Positions 21,907 through 32,300 of a stretch of DNA of 64,000 nucleotides are shown piece by piece. Under the pieces are notes generated by a model. The model was given only the letters and a program-made list of their open reading frames with translations. It ran no database searches and had not been told where the DNA came from. The translations under genes were made by a program, and so were the position numbers. How positions within the stretch are numbered: position 1 is the stretch's first letter; every line of letters starts with the position of its first letter. Origin of the DNA: Rhodospirillales bacterium (GTDB lineage Bacteria > Pseudomonadota > Alphaproteobacteria > Rhodospirillales > Casp-alpha2); assembly GCA_965659695.1 (NCBI GenBank), contig CBFHXC010000001.1, positions 3,845 to 67,844 on the forward strand, in the 5' to 3' direction.

Positions 21907-24171
21907 ATGGAAAATCAAGCCAAAGAAGCACTGTACCGTGAAGCCTTGCGGATGCACGCGCGCGGCAAGCCTGGAAAAATCGAAATCCGCGCGACCAAAC
22001 CGCTGACCACACAACGCGACCTGACTTTGGCCTACTCTCCCGGTGTGGCAGCCCCATGCCTGGAAATCTATGAAAATGTCGACAAGGTCTATGACTACAC
22101 TGCACGCGGTAATATGGTCGCCGTGATCTCCAACGGTACAGCTGTTTTGGGCCTGGGTAATATCGGACCACTGGCCAGCAAGCCCGTGATGGAAGGCAAA
22201 TGCGTTTTGTTCAAACGCTTTGCCGATGTCGATGCCGTGAACGTCGAAGTCTTTACCGAAGACGTCGATGAATTCGTCGAAAGCGTGCGCCTGTTTGGTG
22301 AGACGTTTGGTGGCATTAACTTAGAAGACATCAAGGCACCAGAATGTTTCATGATCGAAGAGCGCCTGCGTGAACTTTTGGATGTCCCTGTTTTCCACGA
22401 TGACCAACACGGCACCGCGATCATCACGGCGGCAGGCTTGATCAATGCGATTGAAATTACAGGACGCTCATTGGCGGATACGAAAATCGTCATCAATGGA
22501 GCGGGTGCTGCATCTATTGCTTGTGCCGATTTGATCAAGGCCATGGGCGGCAATGGTCAGAACATGATCATGTGTGATTCCAAGGGCGTCATCTATCGTG
22601 GCCGCGAAGACGGCATGAACCAATGGAAATCTGCGCAGGCTGTCGATACCGATGCCCGCAGTTTGGCCGACGCTATGAAGGGTGCCGATGTGTTTATCGG
22701 TCTTTCGGTCAAGGACGCGGTTAGCCAAGATATGGTGGCATCGATGGCTGATCAGCCAATCATCTTTGCGATGGCCAACCCGGACCCAGAAATCTCCCCC
22801 GAAGACGTGAAAGCGATTCGGGATGACGCGATCATCGCCACCGGCCGTTCGGATTATCCAAATCAGGTGAACAACGTACTTGGTTTCCCCTATATCTTTC
22901 GGGGTGCATTAGATGTTCGTGCGACAAGCATCAATGACGAAATGAAAATCGCCGCCGCACAAGCCTTGGCAGCGCTCGCCCGTGAAGATGTGCCAGACGA
23001 AGTTGACGAAGCTTATGCCGGGGATCACCTGCAGTTTGGCCCGGAATACGTCATTCCAACGCCGTTTGACCCACGCCTGATCGTGAATGTCCCCAAGGCC
23101 GTCGCACAGGCCGCCATGGATTCAGGCGTGGCGGGACATCCGATCATCGATATGGATGCCTATACCGCGCAGCTGTCCGCGCGCCTTGACCCAACGGTCG
23201 CACAGCTTCAGACCGTAATTGAAAAAGTGCGCGCCCGTCCACGCCGTGTGGTCTTTACCGAAGGCGAAGAAGAAAAATCGATCCGCGCTGCTCATGCGTT
23301 CCTGAGTGCTGGTTACGGCACACCCGTTTTGGTTGGCCGCGAACAGCGGGTGATTGAGACCATGAAATCTTTGGGTTTTGAAAAGTTCGATGGGATCGAG
23401 ATTCAGAACGCGCGGTTAAGCTCTCGCAATAGCGAGTATGCCGCGTTCTTATATCAGCGTCTCCAACGTAAAGGCGCGCTGATGCGCGATTGTCAGCGCA
23501 TGGTGAACCAAGACCGGAACATCTTTGCTGCGTGCATGGTCGCCATGGGTGATGCCGATGCGATGATGACCGGGTTGACTCGGAATTATCACGCAGCCCT
23601 CGAAGATATCTCGTCTGTGATCGATCCGGCGCCCGATGCACGTGTCATGGGCCTATCGATGGTGTTCAACGAAGGGCGTTCCATCTTTGTCGCCGATACC
23701 GCAATTCACGAATCACCCAACGCCGAAGAATTGGCGGACATCGCCCAACAAACAGCCGCCGAGGTTCGACGCTTTGGTCATAATCCTCGGGTCGCATTGA
23801 TTTCTTTCGCGAACTTTGGGCATCCGTCGTTGCCGCGTTCGGAAATTGTCCGCGAGGCTGTGGAAATTCTGGATCAACGCAACGCCGATTTTGAATACGA
23901 CGGTGAGATGGCCGTTGACGTGGCTCTAAACAAAGATTTGCTGTCGCTCTATCCGTTCTGTCGATTGTCGGACACAGCAAACGTTCTGATCATGCCCGGC
24001 CTGCACACAGCGCAGATCTCAACCAAGTTGATCGCGTCGCTGGGGGGCTCAACCGTTCTGGGGCCGTTGCTCAAAGGTCTCAGCAAACCGGTTCAGATCG
24101 TACCGATGGATGCGACGGTGTCGGACATGCTGACGTTGGCAGCCCTCACTGCCCATGACGTGACTGACTAG
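21907..24171 (+). CDS. maeB: NADP-dependent malic enzyme with C-terminal phosphotransacetylase-like domain
   Basis: LAYSPGVA, FHDDQHGTA, GRSDYPNQVNN, and a PTA-like C-terminus with DGEM. Confidence 0.94.
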   Translation: MENQAKEALYREALRMHARGKPGKIEIRATKPLTTQRDLTLAYSPGVAAPCLEIYENVDKVYDYTARGNMVAVISNGTAVLGLGNIGPLASKPVMEGKCVLFKRFADVDAVNVEVFTEDVDEFVESVRLFGETFGGINLEDIKAPECFMIEERLRELLDVPVFHDDQHGTAIITAAGLINAIEITGRSLADTKIVINGAGAASIACADLIKAMGGNGQNMIMCDSKGVIYRGREDGMNQWKSAQAVDTDARSLADAMKGADVFIGLSVKDAVSQDMVASMADQPIIFAMANPDPEISPEDVKAIRDDAIIATGRSDYPNQVNNVLGFPYIFRGALDVRATSINDEMKIAAAQALAALAREDVPDEVDEAYAGDHLQFGPEYVIPTPFDPRLIVNVPKAVAQAAMDSGVAGHPIIDMDAYTAQLSARLDPTVAQLQTVIEKVRARPRRVVFTEGEEEKSIRAAHAFLSAGYGTPVLVGREQRVIETMKSLGFEKFDGIEIQNARLSSRNSEYAAFLYQRLQRKGALMRDCQRMVNQDRNIFAACMVAMGDADAMMTGLTRNYHAALEDISSVIDPAPDARVMGLSMVFNEGRSIFVADTAIHESPNAEELADIAQQTAAEVRRFGHNPRVALISFANFGHPSLPRSEIVREAVEILDQRNADFEYDGEMAVDVALNKDLLSLYPFCRLSDTANVLIMPGLHTAQISTKLIASLGGSTVLGPLLKGLSKPVQIVPMDATVSDMLTLAALTAHDVTD

Positions 24172-24195
24172 CATTTTCTGTTGCTCATTCTGGAA

Positions 24196-24218
24196 GAGCC
24201 CGCCTCGGCGGGTTTTTT
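24196..24218 (+). terminator. Rho-independent terminator after maeB
   Basis: GCCCGCC-TC-GGCGGGT hairpin followed by a T-run. Confidence 0.8.
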
Positions 24219-24229
24219 CTGCGACAAAA

Positions 24230-24326
24230 TATATCAATTTTATTTTATATTTGTAAAACTATATATAAATTGATTTTACGAACTCTGAGTGATATATTAT
24301 TATATCTTAAATGCGAAATTGATATA
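24230..24326. promoter_or_regulatory. AT-rich hipBA promoter/operator region with inverted repeats
   Basis: Perfect 11-bp inverted repeat TATATCAATTT (24230-24240) / AAATTGATATA (24316-24326), plus the palindrome GATATA-N4-TATATC (24291-24306). Confidence 0.5.
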
Positions 24327-24335
24327 AATTACTAT

Positions 24336-24743
24336 ATGGCAAAGTTTCCCAAAGATATTGCTGATACCTTGCGCTTGGCACGTGCCGATAAAGCGCTGAG
24401 CCAACGCGAACTGGGCGAACGCACCGGTGTCCCGCAATCTCATATCTCAAAGATCGAGCAGGGGGCGGTTGATCTCCGTGTCTCCAGCTTACGCGCCATC
24501 GCCAATGCCCTGGATTTGGAAATCGCATTGGTCCCGCGAAAAGCCATGCCGGCGGTGAAGAGCATCGCACGATCAGCAGGAGCCCAATCAAAGCTAAATT
24601 CGGCAATTATATCTGCAGCAAACAGTAGAGTTATACCTGTAGCATCAGGTGGCGCAATTCCTGTGGCAAACAGTAGGATTGTACCTTTGGGTACTAACGA
24701 AGTCCGCCCCGCATATCGTCTGGACGATGACGACGATGCGTGA
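24336..24743 (+). CDS. hipB: XRE-family HTH antitoxin (HipB-like)
   Basis: LSQRELGERTGVPQSHISKIEQG helix-turn-helix and C-terminal PAYRLDDDDD; overlaps the start of hipA. Start set at the ATG at 24336. Confidence 0.8.
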   Translation: MAKFPKDIADTLRLARADKALSQRELGERTGVPQSHISKIEQGAVDLRVSSLRAIANALDLEIALVPRKAMPAVKSIARSAGAQSKLNSAIISAANSRVIPVASGGAIPVANSRIVPLGTNEVRPAYRLDDDDDA

Positions 24744-25962
24744 CGGCGTTGCGGTTCTCGACATTCATTTGCATGACACATTAATCGGCAATCTGACGAA
24801 CGTGGGTGGTGACCGTTCAATCTTCACACTTGATGAAAGTTATATCGAAAATGAAAATCGCGATACGCTGAGCCTAAGTCTGAAGGACGAGTTCGGCGCC
24901 CTGTTCACTGACTTCAGGCCTGTCCAAAAAAAGATCATGCCGCTTTTTTCGAACATGTTGCCTGAGGGGCATCTGCGAAAATACTTGGCCGACAAAGCAG
25001 ACATCAACCCGGAACGCGAATTCTTTTTGCTGCAAGCATTGGCCCTCGATTTACCTGGCGCCATCACAGCAACGGAAGCAGAGGTATTCGGTGCGATTGA
25101 TCCCGACGCGCTGCGAGATGCGGAGACTCATGAAGCGGATATGCAGGACCTACTGAGATTTTCACTCGCGGGAGTGCAGCTCAAATTCTCGGCGATAAAA
25201 GATAACCGGCGCGGTCTAACTATTCCCACGACAGGCCGTGGCGGTGATTGGATCGTTAAACTGCCATCACGAGATTTCGAAGGCGTGCCAGAGAACGAGT
25301 TTTCGATGATGACCCTGGCCGCCACGATTGGCATGAATGTGCCAGAGATTTCTTTGATTGATACTCTGGATATTCAGGGGCTCCCAAAAGAACTGGATCA
25401 TCGCGGACAAAAGGCATTTGTGATCCGCCGGTTTGATCGTTTAGTCGATGGCGGGAAACTACATATCGAGGACTTTGCCCAGGTCTTTAATGTGTTTCCC
25501 GACAGAAAATACGAAAGGGCCAGTTTGCGAAATATCGCTCAGGTCGTGACGGCAGAGGGTACAGATGATGATGTGGCAGAACTCATCCGTCGCATCGTCT
25601 TTAACACCCTGATTGGCAATGACGACATGCACTTGAAAAACTGGTCGTTAATCTATCCGGATCGCCGTCATGCCCGGCTGGCACCAGCCTATGATTTTTT
25701 ATCGACGGTCCCGTATACGAAAAGCAATGCTGCCGCATTAAATGTCAGTCGCTCCAAAAAATTCAGCGACTTTACCAGAGATGAAATCTCACATTTGGCA
25801 TCCGGTGCCGCGATCCCCGAAAAATTCGCCTTAGACATCGCTGCGGAAACCGTGGCTTTATTTCACGAGCATTGGGCCCGCGAAAAAAAGAACCTGCCGA
25901 TGGCAAACAACGTGCGCGACGTCATCGACCATCATTTGAAACAGGTTCCTATCGCGAACTAA
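24736..25962 (+). CDS. hipA: HipA-family Ser/Thr kinase toxin
   Basis: FSNMLPEG, FSLAGVQLKFS, RRFDR, HIEDFAQV, IGNDDMHLKNWS, LAPAYD. Start set at the ATG at 24736. Confidence 0.92.
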   Translation: MRDGVAVLDIHLHDTLIGNLTNVGGDRSIFTLDESYIENENRDTLSLSLKDEFGALFTDFRPVQKKIMPLFSNMLPEGHLRKYLADKADINPEREFFLLQALALDLPGAITATEAEVFGAIDPDALRDAETHEADMQDLLRFSLAGVQLKFSAIKDNRRGLTIPTTGRGGDWIVKLPSRDFEGVPENEFSMMTLAATIGMNVPEISLIDTLDIQGLPKELDHRGQKAFVIRRFDRLVDGGKLHIEDFAQVFNVFPDRKYERASLRNIAQVVTAEGTDDDVAELIRRIVFNTLIGNDDMHLKNWSLIYPDRRHARLAPAYDFLSTVPYTKSNAAALNVSRSKKFSDFTRDEISHLASGAAIPEKFALDIAAETVALFHEHWAREKKNLPMANNVRDVIDHHLKQVPIAN

Positions 25963-25973
25963 AACAAGAACGT

Positions 25974-26582
25974 CTATACCCGATCAGGATCCGCTCCCAT
26001 ATCACGGAGTTCTTCGGCATGGTCTTCGGATTTTTTTGCCGCCTCTTCTTTGGACTTCGCTTCAGCCCGCTCAATGGCCTCACGAATCAGGGTCATGGCT
26101 TCTTCGGTTTCGCCCCAGCGCTGCACTTTGACCCATTTGTTGTGTTCCAAGTCTTTGTAGTGCTCAAAGAAATGCTGGATCTGTTCGATCAAAACCGGGC
26201 GCAAGTCGCGGTACGAACTGATATCGCCATAATAGGGGTGCAGCTCATCAACGGGCACACAGAGAATTTTCTCGTCGATGCCGCTTTCGTCTTCCATGAT
26301 CAGAACCCCGATCGGGCGACACTTGATCACACACCCTGGTATCACCGGTAGCTGACCCAGTACGGCAGCATCAATAGGATCGCCATCATCGGACAACGTG
26401 TGCGGCACGAAACCATAGTTGGTCGGGTAGTACATGGCGGTGTGTAAAAAGCGGTCGACGTAGATCGCACCCGATTTCTTATCAAATTCATACTTCACCG
26501 GATTGCCACCCAATGGAATTTCGATGATGACGTTTACATCATATGGGGGGTTATCGCCAATCGGCACCAAGTCCATGTTCAT
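25974..26582 (-). CDS. ppa: Inorganic pyrophosphatase (family I)
   Basis: KYEFDK, YPTNYGFVPHTLSDDGDPID, HFFEHYKDLE. Confidence 0.96.
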   Translation of the reverse strand: MNMDLVPIGDNPPYDVNVIIEIPLGGNPVKYEFDKKSGAIYVDRFLHTAMYYPTNYGFVPHTLSDDGDPIDAAVLGQLPVIPGCVIKCRPIGVLIMEDESGIDEKILCVPVDELHPYYGDISSYRDLRPVLIEQIQHFFEHYKDLEHNKWVKVQRWGETEEAMTLIREAIERAEAKSKEEAAKKSEDHAEELRDMGADPDRV

Positions 26583-26705
26583 TTGTCGTTTTCCTCCGGC
26601 CCTGGGGCCCGCTCTGGTTCATGTTGCAGTGCAACATAACAGGTCAGAATCATGTACTCCACATGTTTCTTTTAACATGTTACGCCCTTTATAGGAGCAA
26701 TGTGA

Positions 26706-27725
26706 ATGCAGAAAACCGCGAGCGATATCAAAAGCGTCCTAGTGTATGTCGGATTGGACCGACTTGGCGATGGATTGTTGAAACTGCCGTTCGTCCATGG
26801 GCTGAAGATTGCATTCCCAAATGCCAAGATCACCTGGTTCGCAGGCAAGGAAACCACGGTTTACGCCCGTGCGTTGGCGCCTCTGGTCGAAGGATACCTC
26901 GACGAAATCATCGAATACGGCGGCGTTGGGCTGGAGCCCAAGGAATTGTTGCGAGCGCGCGCACTTAAAGATCGGCGGTTTGATTTGATCATCGATACGC
27001 AAAAAATCGTTTGGACCAGTTTATCGGCAAGGCGCATTCGCCATGGTGGGTTCGTATCGCCCGCTGCGCGGTTCCTGTTTTCATCTCGAAAACCGTCGCG
27101 TGGCTACAAGTTCCCAAAGGCCATGCAGCGTCAAATGCTGGACTTGTTGGAAATCGCCAGCGACCAAACATTCCCGACACCTGATGGATTGGATATCAAT
27201 ATCCCGGCCAACCGACGCGACCAAGCGGCACAACTACTGCCCGCTGGACCCACTTACGTAGGTTTCGCCCCTGGGTCAGGGGGCCGGCCAAAATGCTGGC
27301 CGCTGGAGAGGTATATCGAGATTGCCAAGCATGTAGCAGCGCAGGGTCAAACCCCTGTGTTTATCATCGGCCCGCAAGAAGAAGAATGGGTCAGCGACAT
27401 CACATCGGCACTGCCCGATGCCGTGTTGCCTTTGCAAATGGGGGCGGCAGACCACGGTTTCGATCCGATGCTGACCTTGGCGTTGGGTGAACGTTTATCA
27501 AAAGCGGTGTCCAATGATTCCGGCATCGCCCATATGTTAGCCGTCGCTGGCACCCCCTTGGCAGCACTTTATGGGCCAACAGTATACGAAAAATTCCCAC
27601 CAATGACCGCGAAGATTTCAGTGATCAAGGCCGAGAAATTTGGATCGCGGGACATGTCGGCGATCCCGGTTGATGCGGTTAGTCAGGCGCTCGATGCGCT
27701 TCCGGGACGTGCCCCTGACGCATAA
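26706..27725 (+). CDS. Glycosyltransferase family 9 (heptosyltransferase-like)
   Basis: RLGD, KCWPLERY, SNDSGIAH, LYGPT. Confidence 0.88.
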   Translation: MQKTASDIKSVLVYVGLDRLGDGLLKLPFVHGLKIAFPNAKITWFAGKETTVYARALAPLVEGYLDEIIEYGGVGLEPKELLRARALKDRRFDLIIDTQKIVWTSLSARRIRHGGFVSPAARFLFSSRKPSRGYKFPKAMQRQMLDLLEIASDQTFPTPDGLDINIPANRRDQAAQLLPAGPTYVGFAPGSGGRPKCWPLERYIEIAKHVAAQGQTPVFIIGPQEEEWVSDITSALPDAVLPLQMGAADHGFDPMLTLALGERLSKAVSNDSGIAHMLAVAGTPLAALYGPTVYEKFPPMTAKISVIKAEKFGSRDMSAIPVDAVSQALDALPGRAPDA

Positions 27726-29031
27726 GCCAAACCAATAATAGCATGCCCGGAATGGCCGCGAACCCGGTCAGTAAGAAATAGCTGACCCATCCTGTTTGAT
27801 CTGCAAGCCAACCACCGCCAGACGCAAATAAGGTCCGCGCGAACGCGGTCAACGATGACAGTAATGCAAATTGGGTTGCCGTATACGCCACGTTCGTCAG
27901 CCCGGATATGTAGGCGACAAAGGCGATGGTCCCGATACCACCGGTCAGGTTTTCGATCCCTATGGTCAAAAATAAAAACGTGATATCGGCGCCGACCCAA
28001 GCCTGCAAAGCAAACACACCATTCGACGCGGCCTGCAAAATCCCACCTAAAAATAATGCTTTTAAGGTGCCCATCCGAAGGACCATCGCACCACCGACAA
28101 CCCCGCCCAGCAAGGTCATCGCCAGACCGAACCCTTTCGTGACCAAGCCGACTTCTGTCTTGGTAAAACCAATATCTAAATAAAATGGATTGGCCATCAC
28201 ACCCAGAAGCGCATCGCCATATTTGTAAAGGGCGACGAAGAGCAACACGGCCAGCCAGTTGGTTCGGCCCAGAAACTCGGCGAATGGCATCCAAACGGAT
28301 TCGTACAAAAGGCTTCCGAATTTCGAGCCCGCTACGTGTGCTGCCGTTGCCAATTTCTCCACGTCCCGTTTCGGCTCTGGCCCGATAAGCGTCGCGCAGA
28401 TCCCAATGACCACAAACCCCGCCATAGTGGCATAGGCCCAAAACCAACCTGCTTGATCGGCGATGATGAGCGCACCTGCGCCCGACACAAATGTCGCAAT
28501 GCGATACCCAACGACGTAGTTAGATGCGCCAGCACCCATGCGGTCTTTATCCAGAATCTCAATCCGATAAGCATCCACAACGATGTCTTGTGTTGCAGAT
28601 GCAAATGCTAAGGCCACGGCCCACATCGCGGTCACCACAAGATCAAGGCCTGGATCGGTCGATCCGAGCGCGACAATCGCCCCCATGACAATGAGCTGCG
28701 AGAACAACAACCAGCCCCGCCGCTGCCCCAGATAAGTTGTGAAGCCGGGGATGGGGCAACGGTCGACCAGTGGCGCCCAAAGGAATTTCAGCGCATAGGC
28801 ACTACTGGCAGCAGAAAACCAACCGATCACCGTCAGCGTTACGCCTTCGTCCTGCAACCACGCCGAAAGTGTTCCGTAGACCAGCAACAAGGGCAGACCG
28901 CTTGAAAAGCCCAGCAACAAAATCAGAAAAACACGAAACTCAAGGTAGACCTTGGTTGCATCTACCCAGCGCTGTACCCGTTCGCTCAAAGAAATATCCT
29001 CTGCCTCATCGATTAAGTCGTCAGAGAACAT
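27679..29031 (-). CDS. ampG: AmpG-family muropeptide MFS permease
   Basis: LGFSSGLP, KFLWAPLVD, SATQDIVVDAYRIE, YTATQFALLSSL. Confidence 0.93.
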   Translation of the reverse strand: MFSDDLIDEAEDISLSERVQRWVDATKVYLEFRVFLILLLGFSSGLPLLLVYGTLSAWLQDEGVTLTVIGWFSAASSAYALKFLWAPLVDRCPIPGFTTYLGQRRGWLLFSQLIVMGAIVALGSTDPGLDLVVTAMWAVALAFASATQDIVVDAYRIEILDKDRMGAGASNYVVGYRIATFVSGAGALIIADQAGWFWAYATMAGFVVIGICATLIGPEPKRDVEKLATAAHVAGSKFGSLLYESVWMPFAEFLGRTNWLAVLLFVALYKYGDALLGVMANPFYLDIGFTKTEVGLVTKGFGLAMTLLGGVVGGAMVLRMGTLKALFLGGILQAASNGVFALQAWVGADITFLFLTIGIENLTGGIGTIAFVAYISGLTNVAYTATQFALLSSLTAFARTLFASGGGWLADQTGWVSYFLLTGFAAIPGMLLLVWLMRQGHVPEAHRAPD

Positions 29032-29053
29032 ACGTTGAAAACATTACCCAATC

Positions 29054-29200
29054 GTCACCCTGAACCAACTTGGTCGTCCCGGAAGGCCCATGCACTTATG
29101 GGGCTATCCAGGATCTTTTTATCGCTATGCGTAGCCGTAGGCAGGCAAATCAAGGTCCCGACGTTCCCCGGGCTCACGCTCAATGCTCAATCGGGATGAC
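29054..29200. repeat. Degenerate GTC-terminated palindromic element
   Basis: A truncated GTCACCCTGAA half, then GTCGTCCCGG (29073) ... TCGGGATGAC (29191-29200) terminal inverted repeats. Confidence 0.55.
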
Positions 29201-29319
29201 GGCTGGTTTGTATGCATGGCTGTTCAATTATCCACGACATCTGCGACTTAACCCTATTCATGGTGTTTTGGATCGTTTAATCTACTGTATCTAGTTGCAG
29301 AAACGGTAGAATCCGCCCC

Positions 29320-32300
29320 ATGGCCAAGCGATATGACGTTGAAACGGTGCCGTTGGACCCTGTTCGAGGTGTACCAACCATTGTTGATGTGCCGACCGAT
29401 GGCCCCGTTGTCATCCCTGGCGGCGGCCTGCTGTCCGAAGCCATTTACGCGCGCCACGATAATGATCTGCTGATTGAACTTGCCGATGGCAGTCGCATGG
29501 TCGTCAGCGGATATTTTGATCTGGAATCGCCACCGCCGCTGGCCAGTGAAGCCGGGGCCCACGTCAGTGCCGATGTGATTTCTGCGCTGGCCGGTGATGA
29601 TATTGTCCCGATTGCGCCTGAAGTCCCGGTCACAGCCCCCATTGGCCGGGTCGAAGCGACCGAGGGTGAGGTGACGATTGTGCGTGCGGACGGCAGCCAC
29701 GTCGACGCAGAAGCGGGTGCGTTGATCGGGCGTGGCGATCGCGTCGAAACATCGGGGGAAGGCAGCGCCGGATTCCTGTTCGCGGACGAAAGCACGTTCT
29801 CGCTCGGCGGTAGTGGCCGCGCGATCTTCGAAGATTTGGTGTTCGATCCCGAAAGTGCCACGGCGCACGCCACATTCGTGGTGCAGCAGGGAACGTTCTC
29901 GTTCGCGGGGGGTGGCATCTCTGCCATTGATGGCGCGTTTGCAATCAAGACCCCGTCGGCGACAATCAATGTAGATGGCGCATCGGGCGCGGGCCTGGTC
30001 GAACGCGATGGCGCGACCACGGTGACGTACCTGCGCCATGAAGATACCAACGACGGCATTCTGAAAATCGCCAACCCGGCGGGGTCAGAATTCCTCGAAG
30101 AATCATACGAAGCGGTCGTGATCGAAGATTTCTTCACGCGACCATCGGGGACCTTCCGATTGGGCCCGCGCGATACGGCGGAACATTTTGGCGACGCGGT
30201 ATCCGCCTTGCCCGACGCCAGCGTGGTCATGCCGTCGTCGTTGTTAGGGGCACAACGCGGCGCTGATCCCGCGACCCAGGCATTGCGGGCAGATGACCCG
30301 AGCAGTCCCGCACCGGGTGACAACTTCGCCACTGAAATCCAAGTCGACCGTGACACCGCCTTTGAAATCGCAGCCCGCAAAGCGGCGATCGCCCAGTCAG
30401 CACGAGAAGCCGCCGAAGAAGCTATTCGAGATGCCGAAGCTGCTGAACAGGTCGCCCGACAACGTGCCGAGTCCGCCGATGCGGTTGCCGATGAAAAAGC
30501 AACCGATGCCGAAGCCTTGCGCGCCCGTGCGCTTGAGGTGTTGGAAGAATCCGAGCGTCGCGAAAAAGCCTTCGAAGAGGCGCTGCGCCGGGCCGAGGAA
30601 ACGGCATCCCGTGAAGAACAAGCCGCGCGCGATGTTGCCGAGACTGATATTGCTGAAGGCCAAGCCGCCGAGCGTCTGGCAGCTGCCGAAGAAGCCGTGC
30701 GAAAAGCCCTGGAAGCCGCAGAGCGTGCGCGGAACGAAGCCCTCGAAATTCTGGAAGAAGCGAGGGCCAAAGAAGAAGCCTTTGCCGCCGCCCAAGAGGC
30801 GGCACTTCAAGCTAAAGAAGAAGAAGAAGCCCGCGCACTGGCAGTTGCTGAAGCGGACGCGGCCGAGGATGCCGCCGCTGCCGCATTGCGTGCCGCAGAC
30901 GCCGCCGCCGCATTGGCCGAGGCCGATGCCCTGGCGGCAGAGCGTGTCGCTGCCGAAGCAGGCACGGCCGCCGAAATTGTCGAAACCGTTGTCGAACGCG
31001 AATTGGCGGCGATTGACCCAGAGCTATTGAACCCGCCCGCCAACAATCAAATTGGTTTGGCGTCGGGGGACTGGTCATCGAATACCAATGCATCGATGGA
31101 TGTCATCGCCGAATCCATTGCGGCCGGTCAACGCGCGGCGCGCGAAGCGTTTCAGACCGCTCTTGATAATGGCCTGACGACCTCCAGCGCCATGGATAAG
31201 GCAATCGAAGCCGCCGAAGCCTATGGTGGTGCCGCCGCAATGGACCGGGTGATCGCTGGAGGTCCCGATGGATTGCTTGGTACCAGCGATGACGATGAGA
31301 TCATGATTGCCGGTGGCGAGGGTGGCTTTGTCGGCGGCGATGCCGGGGCCGGAGCTGTCGGCACAGATGTCTTGATCGGGGGCGGGGCAGAAGATGGATT
31401 TATCGGTGGCTTTGCGGGCACGGGTGGCAACGGTGTCGGTGGCATCTTTGGGTTTAATTTTGCGTTCACCCCGATCACCGTTGATCTGACAACGCCTAAT
31501 CTACGCAACGCCCGCGATGATGACGAAGTGGTGGTCTTGGCGGCCCAGACCATCGCCGACAATGTCAGCGGGTCTGGCCTGGCTGATTTTCTGGTGGGCA
31601 CGAATGACGTGTCGACCATTGGCGGCCTAGAAGGTGATGACTTTATCTATGGTGATACGCCGACGAACTATTTGTCCGGCACACATAACATTTCGAACAC
31701 GTTGACCAATCCGACTTTTGCTGCAGGCGGCAACGACCTGATTTCAGGTGGTGCCGGTGCCGACAGCATTTGGGGCGGGGCAGGTGCCGACACGCTTTAC
31801 GGTGATGTGCCCACGAACACCAGTGGCTTTGATTTTGGTCTCGGGTCCGCGACCGCGGGCGCTGACGATTTATATGGTGTCGACGGCAACGATACGCTAA
31901 TTGGTGGCGGGGCTGCGGATACGCTTAGTGGTGAAGGCGGCGACGACACGTTTATCATGGGCGATGATGATGGGGCCAACGATACCGTCTGGGGCGGCGA
32001 TAGCGCGGCAGATGCGGGCATCGATACGGTCGATTATTCAGATGCCGGGGCAGCGGTGAATATCAATTTGAATACCGGCTCCGCAACAGGGTCGACGACC
32101 GGCACCGACACGCTTAGTGGAATTGAAAATGCTGTTGGTACCAGCTTTGATGACACTCTCACCGGCTCAGCAGATGCCAACACGCTATCGGGTGGTGGTG
32201 GTGCTGACACGGTCTATGGTCTCGAAAACATCGATAATATTTTTGGCTATGCCGACGACGATGTGCTGATCGGTGGTCAGGGCGACGACACACTGACGGG

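Noticed and set aside
27679-27725. 47-bp convergent overlap of the GT9 gene and ampG
   Set aside because: Tail-to-tail overlaps of this size are common, and both tails look non-conserved.
29445-30770. 441-aa minus-strand Ser/Ala/Arg-rich ORF, plus the 245-aa plus-strand ORF at 30293-31030
   Set aside because: Shadow frames of the low-complexity GCC/GAA-rich coiled-coil region; no independent motifs or RBS.
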